A stretch of 54,620 bases of DNA, taken from Verrucomicrobiota bacterium. GTDB taxonomy: Bacteria > Verrucomicrobiota > Verrucomicrobiia > Chthoniobacterales > UBA6821. This document shows positions 47,840 to 54,620 of the stretch, in pieces (within the stretch, counting starts at the first letter, position 1; every line of letters begins with the position of its first letter). Under the pieces are notes generated by a model. That model was given only the letters and a program-made list of their open reading frames with translations, did not search any database and was not told where the DNA came from. The translations under genes were made by a program, and so were the position numbers. The stretch lies in contig JBAXXS010000002.1 of assembly GCA_037127835.1 (NCBI GenBank), forward strand, positions 1-54,620, given 5' to 3'.

Positions 47840-48712
47840 ATGGAACTCACACTTGTGGTTCTCGCGGCAGGGATGGGTAGCCGCTACGGAGGACTTAAAC
47901 AACTCGATCCCGTCGGCCCATCGGGAGAAATCATTCTTGATTACTCTGTGAACGATGCCCTCAAGGCAGGTTTTACTAAGGTGATTTTCGTGATCAGGCG
48001 TGGGATGCTTGAGCTCTTCCGTGAGACCGTAGGCTCCCGCTACGAGGGGCTCATGGGCGTGGAGTATTCCTTTCAAGAATTGGAGCCTTTGCCCGGCGGG
48101 CGCGTCTCCCCTCCCGGGCGTGAAAAGCCGTGGGGCACCGGCCATGCCGTCTTGGCGGCACGATCCGTGGTCAGGGGTCCCTTTGCCGTTATCAATGCGG
48201 ACGATTACTACGGTCCCTCAGGATTCAGGGAGCTGGCCGCATTCTTGAAATCAGCAACTTCCGGTCAGTACGCCATGGTGGGTTATCGGCTGGACCGGAC
48301 ACTCTCGGATCACGGCGCCGTCTCGCGGGGCATCTGCCGCGCCGACAGCGATGGGTATCTCGTCGATATAACCGAAAGGACAGCTATCGCACGAACTGCC
48401 GGAGGAATTATCGTTGAGGAGAATCCTCCGGTTCGACTGGAAGGGTCGGAGCCCACCTCGATGAATTTCTGGGGATTCATGCCTGATCTCTTCGATCATC
48501 TTGAACGGCTTTTTGATGAGTTTCTCGAAGAGAGAGGAAGCGATACCAAGGCGGAGTTTTATCTACCCGCCGCTGTCAGTGAAATGATCGGTACCGGTGA
48601 AGCCACGGTACGACTCCTCAGCTCCTCGGATCCCTGGTTTGGTCTCACCTATCCTGAGGATAGGCCTATGGTGGTTGAGGCCTTGGCGGCTATTGCGGAT
48701 ATAGAGGGTTGA
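47840..48712 (+). CDS. sugar-phosphate nucleotidyltransferase family protein
   Basis: N-terminus LVVLAAGMGSRYGGLKQLDPVG (G-x-G-x-R nucleotide-binding loop) and PWGTGHA. The stop codon lies inside the first GGGTTGAA repeat unit. Confidence 0.8.
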   Translation: MELTLVVLAAGMGSRYGGLKQLDPVGPSGEIILDYSVNDALKAGFTKVIFVIRRGMLELFRETVGSRYEGLMGVEYSFQELEPLPGGRVSPPGREKPWGTGHAVLAARSVVRGPFAVINADDYYGPSGFRELAAFLKSATSGQYAMVGYRLDRTLSDHGAVSRGICRADSDGYLVDITERTAIARTAGGIIVEENPPVRLEGSEPTSMNFWGFMPDLFDHLERLFDEFLEERGSDTKAEFYLPAAVSEMIGTGEATVRLLSSSDPWFGLTYPEDRPMVVEALAAIADIEG

Positions 48713-48843
48713 AGGGTTGAAGGGTTGAAGGGTTGAAGGGTTGAACCAAGCCGGTGGGAACCGGTGCGATAGAATGCCGAAGGTATCCCGTAAGGGCGGC
48801 ACGGCTTGCCGGGAGGCAAGTGCCGTCAAGGGTTGAACCAAGG
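48705..48843 (+). repeat. dispersed intergenic repeat, copy B (five tandem AGGGTTGA units followed by a conserved core)
   Basis: Five exact 8-mers at 48705-48744. The core gatagaatgccgaaggtatcccgtaagggcggcacggcttgccgggaggcaagtgccgtcaagggttgaacc matches copy A. The direct repeat AGGGTTGAACCAAG is at 48737-48750 and 48829-48842. Confidence 0.7.
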
Positions 48844-48940
48844 CATTCGGGTCAGGAAAAGAATGGTGATCGGTTTTTCGTTATAAAAGATTAGCGATCC
48901 GAACCCTTGTGCACTCTCAAAAGGGCGAGGAACCAAAAAA

Positions 48941-48968
48941 CTCTGCTCTCTCAGCGCCTCTGCGTGAG
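48941..48968 (+). repeat. 28-nt CTCTGCG-type repeat, copy 5 (more diverged)
   Basis: ctctgctctctcagcgcctctgcgtgag, between convergent genes. Confidence 0.6.
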
Positions 48969-48984
48969 GCCTTCCAGCGATTCT

Positions 48985-49365
48985 TTATTTCTCAGTCGGT
49001 TCTTTAGCAGCCTTCCAGCCAGCGATGCCGGGTTTGAAATGCTGGACGTTCGTGTAGCCGAGTTTCTGTGCGGCTTCCGCGGCACGGGCATAGGCACCGC
49101 AATGCTCATTGCCGCAATAAGCAACGATCAGGGCGTTCTTATCAGCGGGAAGCACCTTGGCCAGATCAGCAGTATGAGCCGTGTAGTCGATGGCGCCGGG
49201 GATGTGTCCATTGGCATAGGAGACGGGTCCATTCACGTCCAGTAGGGTCACCTTCTTGGCGGCGATGTCCGCCTTGAGATCGGTGAGGCTGATGTCGGGA
49301 AAGGAACCGGCAAAAGCATTCAGGGTGAAGAGAAGGGAAGCAGCTAGGAGGAGATATTTTTTCAT
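48985..49365 (-). CDS. exported single-domain rhodanese-like sulfurtransferase
   Basis: Signal peptide MKKYLLLAASLLFTLNAFA, the HIPGAI motif and the active-site loop YCGNEHCGAY. Confidence 0.8.
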   Translation of the reverse strand: MKKYLLLAASLLFTLNAFAGSFPDISLTDLKADIAAKKVTLLDVNGPVSYANGHIPGAIDYTAHTADLAKVLPADKNALIVAYCGNEHCGAYARAAEAAQKLGYTNVQHFKPGIAGWKAAKEPTEK

Positions 49366-49577
49366 ACAACCACTCTACTTTGGGATTGAGGCATGCGCCA
49401 TAGGGAATTTACTCAGAATATGCTGAAATCAAGCTGAGACAGGCCTTTACTAAGTTTGAGGCGCCCTTGAGAAGTTCTGATGCAGTGTTGAAGCAAAATC
49501 GCTTTGCCGGACGTGGGCACGAACTAAGAACCGCTTGGCTTTTATGTCCATGCTGATATATGATATAGTCTTCCCGC

Positions 49578-49660
49578 GCCGGCGTGGCGGAATTGGCAGA
49601 CGCGCCGGACTCAAAATCCGGTTCCCTTAAAGAGTGTCGGTTCGAACCCGACCGCCGGTA
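49578..49660 (+). tRNA. tRNA-Leu (anticodon CAA)
   Basis: Manual fold: acceptor GCCGGCG/CGCCGGT (G1-U72 wobble), D-arm GCGGAATTGGCAGACGC, anticodon stem CCGGA/TCCGG with loop CTCAAAA, a long variable arm, T-arm GTCGG TTCGAAC CCGAC, discriminator A. CCA is not encoded. Confidence 0.85.
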
Positions 49661-49681
49661 GACCCCCTCTATTTTCCGATG

Positions 49682-49702
49682 AGCCAAAGCTTTGGGGCTT
49701 TT
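49682..49702 (+). terminator. possible intrinsic terminator after tRNA-Leu
   Basis: agccaaagctttggggct (a palindrome centred on CCAAAGCTTTGG) followed by tttt. Confidence 0.35.
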
Positions 49703-49736
49703 CACTTCTCCACTTTTCCACTTAGATTTTTATTCT

Positions 49737-50666
49737 ATGCGTATCCTCATTACCGGCGGAGCCGGATTCCTTGGGTCCCACCTCTGTGACCGCCTTATCG
49801 AGCAGGGGCACGAAGTCATCTGCCTTGATAATTTCTTCACCGGTCGCAAGTCCAACATCCAGCATCTTCTTGGAAATCCCCACTTCGAGCTTGTGAGGCA
49901 CGATGTTATTGACCCTTTTAAGTTTGAGGTCGACCGGATTTACAATCTCGCCTGCCCGGCGTCTCCGCCTCACTACCAATACAACCCCATCAAGACGATG
50001 AAGACCTCTGTGGTCGGAGCGATCAACTGCCTTGGACTGGCCAAGCGGGTTAGGGCCCGTGTCTTCCAGGCCTCCACCTCCGAGGTATACGGCGATCCTA
50101 GTGTCCATCCGCAACCCGAAGCCTACTGGGGTCATGTGAATCCAATCGGCCTCCGCTCCTGCTACGACGAGGGGAAGCGCGCCGCCGAGACCCTTTTCTT
50201 CGACTATCACCGCGAAAACGGCGTCGATATTCGTGTCATCCGCATCTTCAATACATATGGCCCCCGCATGCTTCCTGATGACGGTCGCGTCGTATCCAAC
50301 TTCATCGTTCAGGCCCTTCAGGGTAATGACCTCACCGTTTACGGCGATGGATCCCAGACACGCTCCTTCTGCTATGTCGATGATCTTGTTGATGGATTTA
50401 TGCGTTTCATGGAGCAGGAGAAGATCGTGGGCCCCATGAACCTCGGCAACCCAGGGGAGTTCACCATGCTCCAGCTGGCCGAACTCGTCCTCAAGAAGGT
50501 GGGAGGCAAGTCCAAGATCACCCATCTTCCGCTTCCATCGGATGATCCGAAGCAGCGCAAGCCGGACATCTCACTTGCCAAGGAAACCCTTGGATGGGAA
50601 CCCAAAGTCCCACTTGAGCAGGGCATCGAAAAGACCATCGCGTATTTCAAGTCCGCCCTTGCCTAG
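49737..50666 (+). CDS. UDP-glucuronate decarboxylase (UDP-xylose synthase), SDR family
   Basis: [14 protein letters not shown] Rossmann motif, STSEVYG and the YDEGKR catalytic motif. About 310 aa, typical of UXS. Confidence 0.88.
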   Translation: MRILITGGAGFLGSHLCDRLIEQGHEVICLDNFFTGRKSNIQHLLGNPHFELVRHDVIDPFKFEVDRIYNLACPASPPHYQYNPIKTMKTSVVGAINCLGLAKRVRARVFQASTSEVYGDPSVHPQPEAYWGHVNPIGLRSCYDEGKRAAETLFFDYHRENGVDIRVIRIFNTYGPRMLPDDGRVVSNFIVQALQGNDLTVYGDGSQTRSFCYVDDLVDGFMRFMEQEKIVGPMNLGNPGEFTMLQLAELVLKKVGGKSKITHLPLPSDDPKQRKPDISLAKETLGWEPKVPLEQGIEKTIAYFKSALA

Positions 50667-50731
50667 CAAGCCGCACACGGTGGTTCAGTAAATTTCAGTT
50701 TCCAAGTCTTAAAGTTCACCGATCTTTTTTT

Positions 50732-52108
50732 ATGTCCAATCCATCCCTCTCCATCTGCTGTCTCGGCGCCGGTTATGTCGGCGGTCCAACCATGGCCATG
50801 ATCGCGGCGAAGTGCCCTGAAATCCGAGTCACTGTCACCGACCCCAATGAGAAACGCATTGCGGCTTGGAACTCGGATACACTCCCTGTGTACGAGCCAG
50901 GCCTGCAGCAGGTGGTCGAGTCGGCCCGGGGAAAAAATCTCTTCTTCTCTACCGATGTTCGCAAGGCGATCCGCGATGCGGACATCATCTTCGTCAGTGT
51001 CGGCACGCCTACCAAGACTTACGGCGTGGGTGCTGGCCGTGCTGCCGATCTCAAGTACATAGAGGCCGCTGCGCGTATGATTGCCGAAGAGGCCGAGGGG
51101 CCCAAGATCATCGTCGAGAAGAGCACCATCCCCGTGAAAACCGCTGAGGCCATGCTCACCATCCTCAGGTCGAACTCCAAGAAAGGCACCTTCCAGGTTC
51201 TTTCCAACCCCGAGTTTCTTGCCGAAGGAACGGCCGTCGAGGATTTGGAGAACCCTGACCGCGTCCTGATCGGCGGCGAGCAGACCCCCGAGGGATTGGC
51301 CGCCATCGAGAAGGTGTCTGCCATCTACGCCCGTTGGATCCCCCGTGAGAAGATTCTGGCTACCAACCTCTGGTCCTCGGAACTCTCCAAGCTGGTTGCC
51401 AATGCCTTCCTCGCCCAGCGTATCTCCTCCATCAACTCCATCTCCGCACTCTGCGAGGCCACCGGAGCGGATGTCGATGAGGTCGCCCGCGCGATCGGCA
51501 AGGACTCCCGCATCGGCTCAAAGTTTCTTAAAGCCTCAGTCGGTTATGGTGGCTCTTGCTTCCAGAAGGATATCCTCAACCTTACCTACCTCTGCCAGCA
51601 CTACGACCTCCCCGAGGTCGCCGCCTACTGGGAGAGTGTCGTGAAGATCAACGACTGGCAGAAGTCCCGCTTTAGCGGTCGCATCGTCAGCGACCTCTTC
51701 AACACCGTCAGCGGCAAGCACATCGGCATCCTTGGCTTTGCTTTCAAGAAGGATACCAATGACACCCGCGAGACTGCTGCCATAGCTGTCTGCCGCGATC
51801 TTCTCGCTGAAGGTGCGAAAGTCCATGTTTACGATCCCCAGGTCAGCGAGGAGCAGATTCGGACCGATGTTCTCGGCACGGGAACCAATCCTAATCTCAT
51901 CATCGTCAAGACCGTCCTGGAGGCCTGCGATGGGGCGCATGCAGTGGCAGTTCTCACCGAGTGGGATGAGTTCAAGGAACTCGACTTCCAGAAGATATAC
52001 TTAGGGATGTATAAGCCTGCATTCCTCTTTGATGGTCGCAATATCCTACCTCACTCCAAACTCAAGGAGATCGGCTTCCGAGTCTTTGCGATCGGAAAGA
52101 CAGTCTAG
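50732..52108 (+). CDS. ugd: UDP-glucose 6-dehydrogenase (long, eukaryote-like type)
   Basis: [11 protein letters not shown], the GGSCFQKD catalytic Cys motif and [13 protein letters not shown]. Confidence 0.93.
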   Translation: MSNPSLSICCLGAGYVGGPTMAMIAAKCPEIRVTVTDPNEKRIAAWNSDTLPVYEPGLQQVVESARGKNLFFSTDVRKAIRDADIIFVSVGTPTKTYGVGAGRAADLKYIEAAARMIAEEAEGPKIIVEKSTIPVKTAEAMLTILRSNSKKGTFQVLSNPEFLAEGTAVEDLENPDRVLIGGEQTPEGLAAIEKVSAIYARWIPREKILATNLWSSELSKLVANAFLAQRISSINSISALCEATGADVDEVARAIGKDSRIGSKFLKASVGYGGSCFQKDILNLTYLCQHYDLPEVAAYWESVVKINDWQKSRFSGRIVSDLFNTVSGKHIGILGFAFKKDTNDTRETAAIAVCRDLLAEGAKVHVYDPQVSEEQIRTDVLGTGTNPNLIIVKTVLEACDGAHAVAVLTEWDEFKELDFQKIYLGMYKPAFLFDGRNILPHSKLKEIGFRVFAIGKTV

Positions 52109-52143
52109 TACCTAATTAATGGGCATCGATAGATGCAAATCAT

Positions 52144-52176
52144 GCTTTTCTAATTGGCTCGATTGATCAGAAAAGC
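52144..52176. terminator. 8-bp inverted repeat GCTTTTCT-N17-AGAAAAGC between convergent ugd and the nitroreductase gene
   Basis: Seen directly in the sequence. It abuts the nitroreductase stop codon. Confidence 0.35.
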
Positions 52177-52917
52177 CTAAGGCCCGAGTGGGTCGCGCTG
52201 ATCACTTCGCTTCTCCAAGAAGCGGGTGAATTTTGTTGCAGGTTCGCGCTCGGTGCGAAGTGTGTTTTCGATTTTGGAATGATCTTCGTAACCCAACGAC
52301 ATGCCGCAGACGAGCATCTGCTGTTCGGGAATTTCCAAGTGCCGCGCAATGATGCGGTGGTATTTGCAGAAGGCGGCCTGAGGGCAGGTATCGAGTCCGC
52401 GGGCACGCGCTGCCAGCATCACGTTCTGCAGGAACATGCCGTAGTCGAGCCAGCTCCCCTGGCCCATGATCCGGTCGATAGTGAAGAAGAGGCCGACCGG
52501 AGCGTCGAAGAAGGCGTAGTTGCGCGCAAACTGTTGCTCCATGCGATCACGCTCCCCCTTGGCAATCCCGAGTAGTCCGTAGAGATCGTAGCCGACCTTA
52601 CGCCTCCGATCAATATACGGAGCCACCCACTTCTCCGGGTAGTAGGAGTATTCCTGCACATGCTGCGCATCGCGCACGGGATCTATAGCAGTCTGAATAA
52701 GTTCCTGGGAAAGAGCCTCCTTCTTCTCGCCGGTCACGACGATGACCTGCCAAGGCTGGGTGTTCGTTCCTGAAGGGGAATGGGCTGAGACATCCAGAAT
52801 ATCAAGGATGGTTTCTTTCGGCACGGGAGTCGGCAGAAATCCTCGAACCGAGCGTCTTCCACTGATCACCTCATCAACGATCCTGGCTATTTCGGCCTGA
52901 GAATGTGTTTCGCTCAT
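52177..52917 (-). CDS. nitroreductase family protein
   Basis: RRSVRGF...PSGTNTQPW N-terminal signature of the FMN nitroreductase fold. Confidence 0.85.
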   Translation of the reverse strand: MSETHSQAEIARIVDEVISGRRSVRGFLPTPVPKETILDILDVSAHSPSGTNTQPWQVIVVTGEKKEALSQELIQTAIDPVRDAQHVQEYSYYPEKWVAPYIDRRRKVGYDLYGLLGIAKGERDRMEQQFARNYAFFDAPVGLFFTIDRIMGQGSWLDYGMFLQNVMLAARARGLDTCPQAAFCKYHRIIARHLEIPEQQMLVCGMSLGYEDHSKIENTLRTEREPATKFTRFLEKRSDQRDPLGP

Positions 52918-52973
52918 CAGTTTCTCTCTGTTCCCGTTTTAGCCCTTAGCCTTCATCCTTTCGCCTTTCCTTC

Positions 52974-54314
52974 TCACGGTTCCGGATAGGCCTTGATGAA
53001 ATTCTTGAACCAGTAGGCGGAGGGTGAGGGGATGCGGTCGTGAGTCGTTTTGTCGAAGGAGAAGAGACCGAATCTTGGGGTCCACCCCTCCGTCCACTCG
53101 TAGTTGTCGACGAGGGTCCAGGGGAAGTAGCCGCGCACATCGACCCCGTCGTTCATGGCACGTCTCATCTGGGCGACATGCTCGCGGAAATAGCGGATCG
53201 ACTTCTGGCCGCTCTGGGTGCCGATTCCGTTCTCCGAGATCACAATCGGTTTATGGTAGCGCTCATTGATCTCCTTAAGCACGTGGTAGAGCCCTGTCGG
53301 GGCGATCTCCCAACCAAGCTGGGTATATTGTGAGTTATGTTCTCCGATAGGACGGAAGAGAAAACGCATCAGGCTCGCCTCTTGTGAGTAGTAGTAGTTC
53401 ACCCCGATGAGGTCGCAGGTATCGGCCACCATATCGAGATGGTCGTAGTTCTGGTGCTGCATGAGGTGATAGATGGAGCGTGTGGGATCGGCGTTCTTCG
53501 CCTTCTTCCACTCGGGTAAGGAGTAGATGCCCATGATGAGGGCATCACGCCGCTCCTCTCGCACGATCGATGCAGCATCGCGGAACATCCGGGCGGAGAC
53601 TTGCATCGCCTTCTTATAAGATCCCGGGTGAACAAGGAGTCCGGGGGGCCAGTGTGCGCCGATCCATCCGAGTTGGAGGGCTCCGTTCGGCTCGTTCTGC
53701 GGAACATAGATCCGTGCATCCCCCTTGGTGGCCTTCACGACACGGCGCACATGGGCTTGCCAGGCTGTCTGGATATCGGGATTGAGGAAATTGGCCTTCG
53801 ACTTGTCCACGGGATAGAGCCAGTCGGGGAAGGTGAAGTGCCAGAGCGATACGATAGGCTCGATGCCCGCCTCTCGGCATTTGTGAGCCATTTCGGCATA
53901 CTGACTTAGTGCTGCTTCGTTGATCTCACCTTTGCGAGGCTCCACGCGGGCCCAATCCACACCGAATCGGAAGTGATTCACTCCCAGAAACTTAACAGCC
54001 GCTAGATCCTTGTCGAACTGGCTCCAGGAAAAGACGGCATAATCCCCGCGTGCCGGCGCTCTTCCTTCTTCGGCAAAGCGGTCCCAGTCGGTCTTGAAAT
54101 ACCATTTTGATCCCGGAGCGTATCCCTTGTCCTCGTTCTGGAACGGGGCTGTGGAGGTGCCCCACCAGAAAGGTTCCTTCGGCAGAGGTTTTAGGACGAC
54201 GGCCCCCTTGGGAGGAGAGTATTTTCCAGGAGCCATGATGCAGCCCTGCAGGAGCAACGCGGTCAGCGCCAGGAAGAGTAAGAGAAGGGGCCGGAGGATG
54301 GTTGCTTGATGCAT
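52974..54314 (-). CDS. glycoside hydrolase family 1 lipoprotein (beta-glucosidase-like)
   Basis: Lipobox LLQGC. Acid/base NEP (VPQNEPNG) and nucleophile ENG (VISENGIG) motifs in a (beta/alpha)8-type sequence. Confidence 0.88.
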   Translation of the reverse strand: MHQATILRPLLLLFLALTALLLQGCIMAPGKYSPPKGAVVLKPLPKEPFWWGTSTAPFQNEDKGYAPGSKWYFKTDWDRFAEEGRAPARGDYAVFSWSQFDKDLAAVKFLGVNHFRFGVDWARVEPRKGEINEAALSQYAEMAHKCREAGIEPIVSLWHFTFPDWLYPVDKSKANFLNPDIQTAWQAHVRRVVKATKGDARIYVPQNEPNGALQLGWIGAHWPPGLLVHPGSYKKAMQVSARMFRDAASIVREERRDALIMGIYSLPEWKKAKNADPTRSIYHLMQHQNYDHLDMVADTCDLIGVNYYYSQEASLMRFLFRPIGEHNSQYTQLGWEIAPTGLYHVLKEINERYHKPIVISENGIGTQSGQKSIRYFREHVAQMRRAMNDGVDVRGYFPWTLVDNYEWTEGWTPRFGLFSFDKTTHDRIPSPSAYWFKNFIKAYPEP

Positions 54315-54352
54315 GAAAGAGTCCCTTGTACCTACAGGGAAGACATTCAGCC

Positions 54353-54620
54353 ATGAAGAATTCTTTAACGCCCTGCCTTCTTCTTTTTATCCTCCTCTCC
54401 ACAGCAAGAGCAGAGATGGATCTGGAAGCAAAACGCCTGATGCCCGATACCGTCGTTATGAATGATGGCCGGGTTCTTCACGGGCTCATTGTCAAGAATG
54501 ACGCCGAAAAGGTGATTCTTCAGGAGAGGATGACTGAGGTGGAGATTCCCAAGAGTGCTATCCGCCGCATCGACGATCAGGGGCAATCGGGAGTCTATTT
54601 CGCCGACATCGTCGATCCCG
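54353..54620 (+). CDS. partial CDS (5' end only) for a signal-peptide-bearing hypothetical protein; runs off the window
   Basis: Manual translation gives MKNSLTPCLLLFILLSTARAEMDLEAKRLMPDTVVMNDGRVLHGLIVKNDAEKVILQERMTEVEIPKSAIRRIDDQG..., open to the window end. It is absent from the ORF track because there is no stop. Confidence 0.5.
   Translation, partial: MKNSLTPCLLLFILLSTARAEMDLEAKRLMPDTVVMNDGRVLHGLIVKNDAEKVILQERMTEVEIPKSAIRRIDDQGQSGVYFADIVDP

Noticed and set aside
48705-48744. Tandem short repeats considered as a possible CRISPR array or microsatellite switch
   Set aside because: The units are 8 nt, contiguous and without spacers, so this is not a CRISPR array. The stop codon of the upstream gene is in the first unit, so copy-number slippage would not change the protein.
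49409-49705. 98-aa minus-strand ORF
   Set aside because: It overlaps the tRNA-Leu(CAA) gene and its flanks, so it is spurious.
52974-54314. GH1 plus nitroreductase plus UDP-sugar genes considered as a polysaccharide utilisation or biosynthetic cluster
   Set aside because: The genes are on different strands, separated by hairpins, and functionally unconnected. There is no transporter or regulator, so there is no support for a coherent system.

Overview
About 54.6 kb of bacterial chromosome, roughly mid-50s % GC by eye. Gene content (GxxExxY cassette, G-poor leaders, secreted AroQ) suggests a Verrucomicrobia/PVC-like organism, but that is inference only. Most of the window is housekeeping. (1) A split sulfur-assimilation supercluster spans 2.8-16.5 kb, all on the minus strand: cysI-cysH-cysD-cysN-rhodanese/DUF2892, then cysE, an Rrf2 regulator, and sbp-(AstE/AspA-like hydrolase)-cysT-cysW-cysA. 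A plus-strand DUF2090 aldolase plus Cof-HAD pair interrupts it. (2) xerC, a GT4 glycosyltransferase, and the conserved but uncharacterised triad of circularly permuted ATP-grasp, alpha-E and transglutaminase-like genes. (3) A secreted EEP nuclease/phosphatase translationally coupled to a TlpA-like protein that has lost its CxxC motif, followed by tatA, a cbpA-like J-protein, recR and a secreted chorismate mutase. (4) lipA, lexA and a small degraded accessory patch. (5) tsaE-tsaB-mrdA, pgi-pgl, carB, an HD-domain (COG4341/PhnZ-like) protein, manA, ftsK, rimO, mlaEFD, a nucleotidyltransferase, tRNA-Leu(CAA), UDP-xylose synthase plus UDP-glucose dehydrogenase, a nitroreductase and a GH1 lipoprotein. 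I found no CRISPR array, no intact transposase and no recognisable defence island. The unannotated signal lies in the intergenic DNA. It includes a 28-nt CTCTGCG-type repeat at five loci, two of them flanking a GxxExxY gene with an in-frame TAG in an IVS-like inverted-repeat cassette. It also includes a ~140-200 bp GGGTTGAA-headed repeat in two copies, a 222-bp MITE-like element with a perfect 10-bp TIR, and a shared 7-N5-7 palindrome upstream of both sulfur operons that is a candidate Rrf2 operator. Finally, G-free CCCAUYACC-type leaders abut many start codons, and there are two decayed small genes. All product calls rest on motif recognition in the supplied translations; no database search was run.
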